A stretch of 64,000 bases of DNA. It comes from Felis catus. Its lineage: Eukaryota. Location of the stretch: assembly GCF_018350175.1 (NCBI RefSeq), contig NC_058368.1, positions 188,048,001 to 188,112,000 on the forward strand, in the 5' to 3' direction. The translations under genes and the position numbers were made by a program. Within the stretch, counting starts at the first letter, position 1. Each line of letters begins with the position of its first letter. This document shows, piece after piece, positions 49,700 to 62,314 of the stretch. The notes beneath the pieces are model-generated. The model made no database searches. It was not told the origin of the DNA and was given only the letters and a program-made list of their open reading frames with translations.

Positions 49700-50635
49700 T
49701 CAATTTTTGCTTCGTGCATTTTGAATTTTAGAAGCAAACATTTATGTATTTAAAATTACCGTGTTGTCGTGATGACGTGACCCTTTGTCACTTTGAAATG
49801 CTCCTGCTTACCTTTAGCATTGCTTTTTTGATTCAAAATATGTTTTTCCTGGTTTTTCATTTGTTGAGTAATTTTGAATCATATCCTGGATATTACAAAC
49901 ACTGCATCGTGAAGACTGTGGAGTCTGTCATATCCCCCGAGTGTAGATACTTCTGTTTCAGCTGTCCATTAACTCAGTTAAACCCACAGTGCAAATTCTT
50001 GCCTGTGCTCTTGGTTCAGTTTCAGTCACAAGATGCTATGCATCTGCTTAGTGCATGCCTGGGACAGGGCAGGGTTTTTACACAGAGTTTGGAGGGCACC
50101 CCTTCTCTGACCTTCTCTTTCCAAACTTTGTTTTTCAAAAAAATATTTTTTTTTTTAGAGAAAGAGAGCACAGGCAGGGGAGAGGGGCAGAAGGAGAGAG
50201 AGAATCCTATGCAGACTCCATGCTCAGCACTGAGCCCGACGTGTGATCACGACCTGAGCTGAAATCAAGAGTTGGACGCTCAACCCACTAAGTCGCCCAG
50301 GCCCCCCTATTTATTTTCTTCACCATCTACCAGCTGTTCTTGCCTAGTTTCTGTCCTTTCGGGCTAACAAGATGGCGGGGGGTTCTTTGGAGTTTTAGCT
50401 GCTTCAGGGTACATACACCACTCCTGTGGTCTCACCTAAGCTGAAGTTACAAAAGTGGAAACTTTCTTGGTGCTGGTCCCTTGTTGCAAACTTTGATCTT
50501 CCTCCAGAATATTCCTGTTTTTGTTTCACCTACTGATAGTTGTTTGTACGTGCAGTCTCCAGAGTTTATAGCTGTTATTTTTCAGGATGGTCAGTCTGCT
50601 AGGAGTTTAATTTGCCATACCAGAAATGGAACTCT
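49700..50635 (-). mobile_element. Ancient L1M fragments, interrupted by a SINE
   Basis: ttttgcttcgtgcattttgaa...ccctttgtcactttgaaatg; ccagagtttatagctgttatttt...gccataccagaaatggaactc resemble reverse old L1 5'/ORF2-start sequence. Confidence 0.5.
50145..50307 (-). mobile_element. Can-SINE (older type, internally deleted)
   Basis: gagaggggcagaaggagagagagaatcc...gacctgagctgaaatcaagagttggacgctcaacc...cccaggcccccc. Confidence 0.9.
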
Positions 50636-50668
50636 GAATTAACTTTTTTTCTTGGCTCTTAAAAAAAA

Positions 50669-50878
50669 TTTTTTTTTTAATTTGAGTATAGTTGACACAC
50701 AATGTTACATTAGTTTCTGGTGTATAATATAGTGATTTAACCACTCTATATGTTATGTTCACCATAAGTGTATCTGTTTCCTGTCACCATATGACTCTAT
50801 TACAACACCATTTGCTCTATTCTCTATGCTATACCTTTTATCCTCGTGGCTTATTTATTCCATAACTGGAAGCCTGTA
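50669..50878 (-). mobile_element. 5'-truncated L1 3' end (carnivore or L1MA-type)
   Basis: ttaatttgagtatagttgacacacaatgttacattagtttctggtgta...ttatttattccataactggaagcctgta. Confidence 0.85.
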
Positions 50879-53334
50879 TTAACTCTTTATGCATGTGTCT
50901 CAAACTATATGAAAGAATCTAAAACTCCTGAACTTATGCTATGGGACGTCAAGTCAATGGCATACGATGCAGACATTAAAAACAATTAAGACCAAGTAGC
51001 AACCATATTTGTGATTAACGAAATTTGCATGATATAAAATCATATCCCCACTTTGATCACAGCTGTCTAAAAATTCATGAATACATATAAAAAAGAATTG
51101 GAAGAAAACTTGAAAGAACATGACAATGTTTTATTTTGTAATATAGTTGCAATTCTTTATATATTAAAAAAGCATTTCTCTTTTGTGTGCAATCAATTTC
51201 AATGCTGTTAAAAATAATTTAGGGAGAGAAAAATGAGATGGAAACACTATATTGTGTTTTGAACATAGTATTGGAGGAAAGGGAGATGAAGCAAAGTCTA
51301 ATTCTAGGCAGTGGACAAAGTGTCACCGGGCTGAGGCTCTAGACACCAGCCAGGTTTGGAAACCACAAGAGCCTTGGGTTTTGGAGCATATCCCCTTTTC
51401 TCTGAAGGCCAAGTCCTTGCCCTCATGGGGAGTGTAACTAACTGCTTTATAGACAAGTAGCCCGGAGCAACTCCAAAAGACATAAACTTCAAATGGGTGC
51501 TACAAACCATGGTGATATGTTTAAGGATGTGAATCAGAAACATATGGATTAAATTTTGCCGAAAATGACATAGAGGTTTTAGTAGACAGAGAAAAGCACT
51601 CTCAAGGGAACAAGTATGTTTGGGCACTCCTTACCCAAATCCCAAACATTTGAGAGATGCTTTTGAATATTTTCGTAAAAACAAAACAAAACAAAACAAA
51701 CCATCCTGACTTTCAGACCTTGAAAAGCAAGCTGAATTATTATGTTCTTTCCATAGCTTGTCCTCAACCACTCTTTCTATATAGTAAGGAATTCCGGGTG
51801 TAAAAGTGGAGGTCCAAGGAAAAAGCGTGATCTGTATTCCAGATCTGCTCTTTGCCATTTATTACCTCCAGGAACTGGAGGGGGTTGTTTTTGTGGCATG
51901 AGCTTTAGTTTCCTCATGTGTAAAATAGGACTTTTATACCTTCTTTTCGGAGTTGTAGGTAAGAGAAAATACCTGTAATGTCTCTGTCTAAAATTTCTGG
52001 CCATACTTAGCCCTTGATAAAGCCCTAGCAATTGTTATTAGTATTGCTATGTAAATCTGCCTGTAGAGTATAGGGTTTTCCTCATTCCCCTAACATATAG
52101 TAATAACTTTACTTTCTGGCTAAATTAGTCTTTAATTTATTGTTTGCATTAGAAGAAGGGAGAAGCTGAGGACTGGGCTAGAGAATTGGTTAAATATGCT
52201 ATTTTTAAGTCATCAGAACTAGGTTCACATTCTGCCTCTACTAGTTACTGATTACTGACTTAGTCAAGGTATTTTAATTCCTCTTTTATCTATACAATGG
52301 GAACAGCAGCACTTGCCTCTTACTACTGTGATGATGAAATCAAACAGTGAATATAAACTGATCAACATACTACCTGCATAGTAATTGCTCAAAAAATGGC
52401 GACTATCATCACCATCCTCACCATCCTCATCATCCTCCTCATCATCAAGGTTCTGTTAGATGACAAATAGTCTTTCCTTTCCTTACTCTTCTTTACCTTA
52501 AATATCCCAGTCGACTTAGTTACCAAAAATGACATCTAAAATAAAACACTACCTACAAATACACAGATACTTGCCTTCTTTCTTCTCTTTTTTTGAGTCA
52601 ACTCTCCTTAACATTACTTTTCAAATTTGTCCCAGGAAGCGTTTGCAGTTACAGTTTGCTGGAAAGATGATGTCTAACTATAGATTTCTTATAATTCAAT
52701 TCATTATCACCATCGAATTGAAAAGTTTTGATATCATAGTGAATGATCATTGAATGAGCCAATTTCATGCCTAACTTGAAGCCTGGGTTTCTTGGGCCTT
52801 GATTCTGCAAAAGAAGCAGATGACTCCAGGTATAGATTTACCTTCTGTATGTCCTTGAGAAGTCTGTTGGAAGTAGTCATAGCAAGTAAGGGCTAGAGGG
52901 CACCTTGGAGGGAATCTTTGACAGATATTTATTGATCACCTGCTCTGTGCTCAATGCTGTGCTAAATGCAAAAACTCAAAAGGAAAATGGATAAGATACA
53001 GTCCTTGACCTCAGGGAACTCACAAACCAAATAGGATATTAGAGGCTTGTAAAAGACCAACTTTTTGCAAAGAGTAGTATCTTTGGCAGGGGACATTAAT
53101 TGACTTGGCCTGGGGAATAGTGGTGCTTAACATGAATTATCTCTGTGGTCCTTGTGACATCCTGAAACAAATGCACCTTATTATCTCCATTTAACAGATG
53201 AAGAAACCAAGACCCAGAGAGGTTATATAATCTCTCTACTAAAACAAAAAACAAAAAACAGAAAAAAAAACAAACAAACAGTGAACTGTCTGTGATTTGC
53301 TGAAAGTCTGACCCAGACAAAAATAACCTTTCTA

Positions 53335-53337
<3 letters not shown>

Positions 53338-53364
<27 letters not shown>
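53338..53364 (+). repeat. (GA)n microsatellite
   Basis: Perfect GA run. Confidence 0.95.
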
Positions 53365-53368
<4 letters not shown>

Positions 53369-53987
53369 CACAGGACAAGCCTTTCCACTTTGCCCATCTG
53401 TAAAATGGGTTAATAGCTACTAACAAGCAAGGAACAAAAGAGAAAGAGTGAGATCCCTGTAGGAAATATATTTGTTTATGGTTGGAATACTATAAAAATG
53501 TTACAGCTCATACTCAATTCTCATCTCTCCACTCTTTCCTCGTTCTGTGACAGCGTCCCTAAATGAAGCTGGCTTCTGAAAGAGTGCTCCGAATATGCTA
53601 AAACATTAGGCCATTTCACATAATAAGACAACATCTAGTCTGCATGTAGATCTTTTCCCAATAAGGTTACAGTGACAAAAATCAACAAGTTTCTTGTCAG
53701 AACATCTTGGTCATTAAAAATACATTAATAGCTCATTATTCAAAATACTGAACTAATTCTGCTCATTCCCTACTGAAACTTATTAAATACTAAGAGCCTA
53801 ATCAACCCGAAGTAGTGTTCGGTGGCCACAAAGAGTATGCTCCATTAAAGGGAAAAAAAAAGAATTATGACCAAAATGGTAATTCTAACACATTGTATTT
53901 ATCTGTCACTGAGCTCCTCTAATGGTTGAATGGCTTTATAATTCATAAAGGGTTGAAGATGCAATGTATTCAAAAGTAAAATTTAAG

Positions 53988-53993
53988 GTGTGT

Positions 53994-54026
<33 letters not shown>
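53988..54026 (+). repeat. (GT)n microsatellite
   Basis: GT run with one interruption. Confidence 0.95.
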
Positions 54027-56980
54027 GTGGTAAGCAATAAGGTCTTAAGGACTTTTAGAATCCTTCAAAAAGGAGAGATTGTGAAAAGTGCTTCTGCAGT
54101 GGACTTGCCTTTTCTGTTTCCCCCACTATGTAAATGTCTATATATCTAAATGAGCAGAGTAATGGAGCCACCTTGCAACCAGAATTCTCCACTCCCACAT
54201 ATTAGCAGTGTGACTTTGGACATTTTTAACACTTTATTTAGCCTCCAACCTTGACTATCATGTTTCAGATGTCATTCTCTGGGTCTATGTACAATCACAC
54301 TAAAATACGTTGCATGGGTTGTGCTAAGATTCAAGATTAAGGTAGGTGGAATACAGGCACATTATAGACACTCAGTGATTGATGATATTACCATTCTTGC
54401 TCCCACTGGATGACTGGCAAGAACTATATTTTATTCAACTTCGTATCCTCAGCACTAGCACCATGCTTGGCACATGGTACATATTCAGGATACATTTGCT
54501 GCACTAAACTGAAGTCTGAAATCTGAGGCAATGTCTAATCTTTAAGACCCGCCCCCCCCCAAGCATTATAACATCTTGTTCTCTGTGGGTGCCCAATAAA
54601 TGTTTGGTTTTAGCTGCTCAATAAGAATGTATTGTGTGGTGATTAGATACTGAACTCTGATTCACCCTCAAAGAACTTAAAATTGATTTGGAAAAGCAAG
54701 GTTTATACACATGAAACGATGGGAGAACATTGCCTGTGATGGATCTCCATTTTCTCTTCTCTCCCCCTCTTTTCCTGGCAACACATCCTGGATTTTCTTG
54801 CTGGAGTTGCCACTCCACACTCCAACGTGCTTTTAAGAGCTGTTTGGCATATTCTCCAATAAAAACGTGGTATTAAAGAATCCAGTACTCTAGTCATTTC
54901 TGCCATGTAGCCATGTAGAGCTGTTCAGGGAGTCATGTGACCCAGGCCTGACCAAACGGAGTGTCACATTCCTGTGGCTACAGGACTGGTTCAGAGATGA
55001 GCAGAATGTCCTCAGAAGCTTGTCAAAAATGCGCTCTTTGAACCGAACTCTTACAGAAGTTACAAATTACTTTGACAAGCTCAAAGAATATATTATGAGC
55101 AGAGTATACCAGAAGACAGCAGGCTGTGGGATGTTCAGAGACTTCAGCTTCTTGAGAGGCCCCAGTTCCCCATGGAAGATTCTCTTGGGTTGGTGGTGAT
55201 GGAGCTGGGTTACCTTCTTGGAATCATGGAATAGAGGATAATTATTTGAAAATTAGAGGATATTTGGGTCAGTAAGAAAGGGAGGATTCTACAGGCTGGA
55301 ACAGATTTATAAAAACATGGAAGAGGGTAAGTGAAGAAAGGGAATATGGAAACAGTCTGGTGTGACAGGAAGGGCACTGGCCAAAAAGGTCAGGGTTCTA
55401 GTCCTGACTCTTTGCAAGTAACCATGTGGCCTTAGAAAGAGCACTTTTGCCTTTTAGGACTCAGTCTCCCCTATGTCAATGCACAGAATTGGATTCCTAG
55501 ATCTCTAAGATCCTCTGCAACTCTACCTTCCATGGGTCTATGAAATCTTAAAAGGCTGTTCACAGTCGGTATATTTAAACATCTTTGCAGAGTTACATAC
55601 ATGCTCTTGGAATACAGATTCTCTCTGGTCTTGAGTCTCCCCCCCCCCCGCCCCCCACTTCCTATCCACTTGCCAAAGAGCAATCTCTTTCCCTCGTGTT
55701 CTGAATGAAATGGAAATGGACAACCTACATTCACTGAAAAGCCATGACTTAAGTGTTGAAAGCACTTGATTGTGCCCATAGAAGGCTTGTCTCTGAGTGA
55801 GAGTGATGAAAGCAGCACTAAGGGGCCGCCTGGTTAATTGTGCTTCTGTGGGGATTAAAGCATGAGCAAGGAACTTGGAGGAACTTTGCTCTTTCCAAGC
55901 CATCTCCCTCGACCCCCTTCCTTTTCTGTGGAAGAGACTTTGGCACCCAGGTCTAAATTAAATTCCAAGCTGTATTGTCCGCAAATCAGATACTGAATGA
56001 GCAGTATAACTGTGTCGTCTATAGCATTTGCTGAAGTAGTGCCATGTATCCCCCCAAAAAACATTCTCATGTCCATAATGCAATGAAGACCCACACTAAT
56101 TCTCACCTGGGCACACATTCTTGGTTGGAACAGGTTAAAACTGTTGCAGAAAGACGTGTGGGAATAATTAGAAATCTTCAGGCTGGATTTGAACAGAGGA
56201 CTTCCTCAGGCTTGTATCCCCAAATTCTAAGTCCCCAAGTCACGCTCTAACACTATTATGTAAGTTGGTTTACTGTCTGTCATCATCTTGAAGGCAGGCA
56301 CATCACCTTATTTACCACTTAATACCTGAGGCTGGCAGAGAAAAAGGGATCAATAAATATTCAGTGAATGAGTGAATGAACAAAAATTAGGTGATAAAAG
56401 ATCTATGCAGGATCTATGCGAGTTGTTTTAATTAATTAGAAACATAGATAGTTGTCTATCGGAGGTTTTGATCAGATGAGAAAACCACAGATCCCACATA
56501 GAGCTGGTATAATTCTAGCTCAAGACAAGGATACCTGGCATCGTATGTACCTTCATTGTAGATAAATGCACAGTATTTAGCTTTTGGAAATTTTGAGAAT
56601 CGTTCACGGTCTGATGGGTTCAGAGAATCCAGCTCGAGCACCTTTAACTTCTCTTAACTCCTTTCATTTTGCATGTTATGTATAGAAAAAGATTTGTGTT
56701 CTTAGCACATTCCCGAGACTCCCATTTAGAGAAACTCTGGCATTACTGAGATGATGATGCTTGGTTGGATATGTCTGCCTTGACATGAATGTTGGCCAAC
56801 ATCAAGGTCTTTGAGAGAGGGCTGGAACTGCTGTGATATAGACATTTTTGAGGGCGTCTGGGAAAGAGAGAGAAAAATCAAGAGAGTTGACCTGATGGGG
56901 TGGAGTGAGGGTGAGGCTGAACTGTGGGCTAAGACTCCTTCTGTGACCTCTCAAATTGTTTTTAAAGTCGCTATACCCCT

Positions 56981-57161
56981 GGGACACTTGGGTGGCTCAG
57001 TTAGTTAAGTGTTTGACATCGGCTCAGGTTATAATCTCATGGTCTGTGAGTTTGAGCCCCACATCATCAACATGGAGCCCACTTTGGATCCTCTGTGCCC
57101 CTCTCTCTCTGACCCTCCTCTGCTCATGCCCTCTCTCTCTTTCTGAAAAGTAAATAAATAT
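56981..57161 (+). mobile_element. Can-SINE with internal deletion
   Basis: gggacacttgggtggctcagttagttaag...gtgagtttgagcccc...ctctctctctttctgaaaagtaaataaa. Confidence 0.92.
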
Positions 57162-58349
57162 TTAAAGTCATTAAACTCGGGCTCCTAGTACAATTTTCCT
57201 TTGTTTTTTTCTTGCTTAGATGCATAGGATCTGAGTTTCTCACCTGGGAATGTTGGTGTGGGATGGATAAGGGCAGTACTTATCGACCTAAGTCAGAGAT
57301 ACCCATGATAAGGCATGACTTTGAGGTCTTGGAGACACTATGGTCTGCAGCAGGCAGTAGTAGATAAGGAGATGTTTGAGTCAAGGTTCTTTAGATGTCT
57401 GCGGGATGGGTGTGGCTTCAGCTGACACTAGGGTTGCGTGCACATGAGAAAGCTAAGGCAACAAGACATTGATAAAAGCAAACAAAAACAAGCATAGCAT
57501 AACACAGCAAAAAAGATTCTGACTCTAGAACCAAATGCCCTGTACCTGAGTTTGAGTCCCCGCTGTCATACCAGCTCTATGGCCCTAAGCAAGTCAAAAG
57601 CCCTGTGAGCCGCCATATCCTCAGTACCTACCTCAGGAGATTGTGAAGGTGACAAGAGAGGAAGCTTGTCAGCTCTTAGCTCAGAACTCTACAAGTAGTT
57701 TGCATTATTTGGAGCATAAGGGATTTGCCCAAAGCATCCAGACCAGAGAGTACCAAAGCAAGGAATAGAAGCTGGCCCTCTTGCCACTTCATCAGCAGCC
57801 CTTTTCCCAGGCTCTGAAACTCCATTTCTATTTTCAAGGTAACAACACAGATGGAAGCACCAGCTTTGTGCTTTTCAAAGGCCCAGCTGCTACTTGATAG
57901 AAAACATCCTGCCCCACGTGGCTTTATAAAAGCCAGGACATCATGACTATTTTAAATAATAGGAGTGAATTGTTACTTCCTTTGTATTTATTAGGAAAAC
58001 ACTGTAAACGGGAAATTGTTGTGGTGTTCTTGGGGAAGATAAAGAATTTAATTCCATGGGAATCCCATTGTATTTCCCCATCAGGACTCTCTTCGCTGAG
58101 GAGATATGGCATTTATCATCTGATGTCTAACATGACATTTATAGTCTTGTGGAAACTGTTAGTAGTGTTGATGGGCTGCTGACTAGAGTCGTCTGAAATC
58201 AGAGCTTCAGTGAGGTGGGAGGGAGTCCGGTTGGATGGGCAACCCAGCTGTCTGTGTTCAAAAAGGATCCCATTTATTGTGTTTGGTTGTAGGAGGATCA
58301 TTTTCCATCTTGGGGCTTCAGGACCTTTCTCATTAAAGCAAAAAATTCA

Positions 58350-58537
58350 GGGGCGTCTGTGTGGCTCAGTCAGTTAAGCGTCCAAATCTTGGTTTCAACT
58401 CAGGTCATGATCTCATGGTTTGCTCTGTGCTAGGAGTGAGGAGACTGCTTGGAGTTCTCGCTCCCTCTCTCTACCTCTCCTCACTCATGCCCTCTCTCTC
58501 TCTCAAAATAAATAAATTAAAAAAAATTTTTAAAATA
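58350..58537 (+). mobile_element. Can-SINE with internal deletion
   Basis: ggggcgtctgtgtggctcagtcagttaagcgtcc...ctcaaaataaataaa; flanking TAAAGCAAAA repeats. Confidence 0.92.
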
Positions 58538-59584
58538 ATAAAGCAAAATTAAAGGCTTGGCTTAGACAAATTTTAAGGGCCCTTCCAGCTGTAGTATTAC
58601 ATTATTCTAATAACTTTCAGCCAGTTTCATCACTGGTCTAGAGGGAAGTCATTCCTTTGCTGACATTTGCTTTGCATGCTCTTTGGATAGGTTCTGCATA
58701 TGTCTGTGTGCTGCTTGCCCAGCAGGCAGCTTTCTGTCTTCACAGTGAGATTCCAGGCCACTGAGCTCTGTTGACAACCTCAAATTGCCATCTTTCTCTC
58801 GTCACCTGCCATCCTTCTCCTCACCCTGTGCTCTGCCCCTGGGATCTGCCTGGGCCTGTCCAAGGAATTCACATTGTCTTCTTTGAAGATGACAACCTTC
58901 CCAGGCCTGCAATAAGGAAGTGCTGGACTTAGTGTGTGAGAAATTCTGGAGGTTCTCAATGATGTCATCTTTCTCCGGGGAAAACTTTGTTTTCTTTTAA
59001 CCAGCAGTTATAGGAGGAAGAGATCCTGCCTATCCAACCAGGGATGGAGAAGAGAGTTAATGAGGGTTAGTCTATTTCCAGGTTTTTCTTATTCTTGATC
59101 TTAATGGAGAGCCTGGCGCTTTCACCAGGGCTCCCTCTGAACCCCACCCCTGTCTCTCCAACTCTGTGAGAGCTAGGTTTTTAGCTTCTGACCAGCTGCC
59201 TTCTGCCAGGTTTCCTGGCTTGTCACTCCCATCCAGCTTAGGATGCAGCAAACTGCTTAATGTGGAAAGTAGAGCAAAATGTCAGGCTCATTTCTCTAGA
59301 AGTCTCTGTCCTCTGATACCTTGTGCCAGTTCTGGCTGCCTTGGCTGTTCTCTGATACCATCCAATAGACTCTTCTTTGGTCTTTGAATTTAATCCAGTT
59401 TTTATAGTTATTTTTAATTAAAAATAACAGAAGGGTATGGTAAATCAAGCTACTGTACAAATCAGAAGCACAAATAATATACTAGGTTAATTTTAACCAT
59501 GTTTTAAGAGGCAATTGCCTGGGTCCTATGGTGGAAGAGCCTCAGAATCCTATAGGACCTGGCTTGAATGCCAGTGCTAACTTT

Positions 59585-60405
59585 CATTAATTCATTCAAG
59601 AAATATTTATTGAGTGCCAACAATATTCCAGGTACTGTGTAATAAGCACTGGGGATATAATGGGTTTCTATTCTTATAAAGCCCCCTTGAGAAGCATTAA
59701 ATAATACATTAAATAATACACAGATACAAATTATAGTAAGCTCTTTGAAGAAAAAGAACATGGTGCCCAGTCAGAGAATGACAAGGTAGAAACAATCTAG
59801 ACGGGAATGATGGTCAGGGAAGACCTCTTCGAGGAGTCTCTTAGGTTGTGAGCCAAAGGCTATGTCAGAGTTAACAGGATGGAAAATGTGGGTTGTGGGC
59901 AGGTGGGGAAGCATGCCAAGCATAAGGACCAGCATGTGCAAAGACCATGAGATAATGAAGGACTTGATGAATTCGAATAACTAAAAGTAAGGTGAATCTC
60001 TATGGAACACAGAGATCAAAGATACCATGAGTAGGATTGTGACAGACTAAGATTACTGGCCTAGGAAAAAGTTTAGGTTTTATCCCAAGAGGACTGGGAA
60101 GTCATTGCAAGGCTCCTTAAGCAGGGGAATGGTGAGATCTGATTTATTTGGTGAAGATTACACTGGCTACAGTGAAGAAAATGGATTTGGGTTGGGATAG
60201 GGCAAGATTTAGGGAAACCTGGTGTAAGGTGATTGTCGTGATCCAGCTGAGGGATGAAGGTGGCAGTGGTAATGGAGATGGGAAGAGGTAATGAATTAGA
60301 AATCTTAAGGAGGAAAAGCATCAGCACAGCTTGATGCTGGTTCAGATGGGTGGGTGAGGGAGAGCGAGGAATCAGTAATGACCCCCAGGTTTCTGGCTTG
60401 AACAA
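59585..60405 (-). mobile_element. L2 LINE fragment
   Basis: ttcattcaagaaatatttattgagtgcc...ggtcagggaagacctc...cagcatgtgcaaagacc...gaggaatcagtaatgacccccaggtttctggcttgaaca. Confidence 0.8.
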
Positions 60406-60436
60406 TGCCTGGCAAAGTGGGTCCACAGTCAGTCAC

Positions 60437-60899
60437 TACATTAATTTGCTAGGGCTTTTGTAACAAAGTATCCCAAACTAGTGGTTTAAACAACAGACCT
60501 TTATTATGTCACAGTTCTAGAGGCTAGAAGTCTAAGATCAAGATGTTTGCAGGGTTGGCTCCTTCTGGGACTGTAAGGGAGAATCTGTTCCATGCCTCTC
60601 CCCTGGCTTCTGGTGGTTTGCTGGCAATCTTTAGTGTTCTTGGCTTGTAGATACTTCACCCAGTCTCTGCCTTCATCTTTACATGGCATTCTCCTTCTGG
60701 GCATGCCTCTATGTCCAAATGTCCCCTTTTTATAAGGATACCAGTCATATTGGATTAGGGCCCACTTTAATGACCTCATCTTACTTACCTAATTACATTC
60801 CCAATGACTCTGTTTCCAAATAAGGTCACATTCTGGGGTCCTGGGAGTTAGGGCTTCAACAGTTTTTGGGCAGTGGGGGACACAATTTAACCCGAACAC
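60437..60899 (-). mobile_element. MLT1 (C-like) solo LTR
   Basis: agggcttttgtaacaaagta...cacagttctagaggctagaagtc...tttttataaggataccagtcatattggattagggccc...tttccaaataaggtcacattctg. Confidence 0.9.
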
Positions 60900-62314
60900 T
60901 TAACATTTCTGTGCCTCAGTTTTTTCACCTGCAGACTGGGGACAAAAATACTTACCTCATAGAGGTGTTACAAGGAATAAACAAGGAGATATATTTAACG
61001 TGCCAAGAATGGTATTTGGCACATAATGGGATTCAGGAATTGTTAGTCTTTTTTTACCCTATTGCCTAATCCACAGAAAATGGGGAACTTCAGATCAGGA
61101 GGGAGGATAGAAGAATCCATTAGGGAGGCATCCCGGGGCACTTGGGTTTCACGGTTTCTCAAAGATCATGCCCTGTTAGTGACTGCTTCTAAAATAGTGC
61201 AGTCTTGATTCCCCATGATGAGAGCAGTCCTGGGGTTGGATGGATGATAGAGACTATGCCGCCCAGGTCAGGGAAACAGCACTGTCCCAGGGGTTGGGGC
61301 CTCTGAGTTCTAAGGACGGAATGAGTAAGCTTGGGCAAGCACTGCCTCCTCTGGGCCCAAGATTTCCATTCAAAATATCAAGTCACTATTTATTTGTTGG
61401 CTGAACACATGTTGGATGAATAAATTATAGAGCACTTACTCTGTGCCAGGCCTGTGCTAATGGCTTATATCCACACTCTAATTTAATTCTCTCAATAGCC
61501 CCATGAGATTTCATGGGTGGGGAGCCTGGGCCTTAGAGAAGTCCAATCATTTGCTACACAATAAGTGGTGGAATTGATATCAGGTCTCTCTTCCCTCACC
61601 ATCTGGTTCTAAACCACTATTTAGTCTGACTTCCCTGTTCTCTGGCTTTAATATTCCAAGTCTCCAAACATCCCCATAAACATGCTCATACTACTTCTTC
61701 AGCCTCTGGGGCTCCAAGCATGAGTCTGGACTTCTGAACCTGGCTGCCACATTGGGAGCTTCTGAATTTCCCAGCTTTGCTGGAGAGGCCCACTAACCCT
61801 GGAAGGAGCAATTAGGAGTTGTAACCAGAGGTGTATGAATCAGAGATCCATCCCTTTAAATATTTTGATTCACTTGCCATGTATTTGAGCTCTAATCTAT
61901 ATTTATATCTCTATCTTTCTGAAAAGGATTTCAAAAGGGATGGGAGAAGTAGGTATGAAGACGAAGCTTCTCCTTTCTGGACAATTAGCTAGGGTTGTTT
62001 ACTGCAGGATTATTTTACCCTTAGGGAATTTCGGGGCTGCTTTTTCTCATTGCCCCTAATACCATTCATTTTGTTTCAGCTGCCAACATTTGGGCTGTCC
62101 CTGTAAGAAAGAGGAATTGTGGGGTGGCTCTGAGGCAGCAACCACGGCGATGCCATTCGAATATTAGAACCTGAGTGTTGTTTGGATGGGTCCCTAGTAC
62201 GGGACATGGTTTTAATGGGTTTATGAGGTTTATTGTGCCCCCTCTCATGGTGGAAGGAGAAAAAGGTACAAAGAACAGTGAGAAAGGGGGAAACCTCTCT
62301 CCTTCTCCTCCTTC

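Noticed and set aside
52889..52905. CTCF-like GCTAGAGGGCACC
   Set aside because: It lacks the conserved 5' CC(A/G) of the core motif.
56456..56641. 61-aa minus-strand ORF, and a plus-frame LAQDKDTW motif reminiscent of a LINE C-terminus
   Set aside because: No good splice acceptor, no recognisable homologue, and the motif is too short to support a call.
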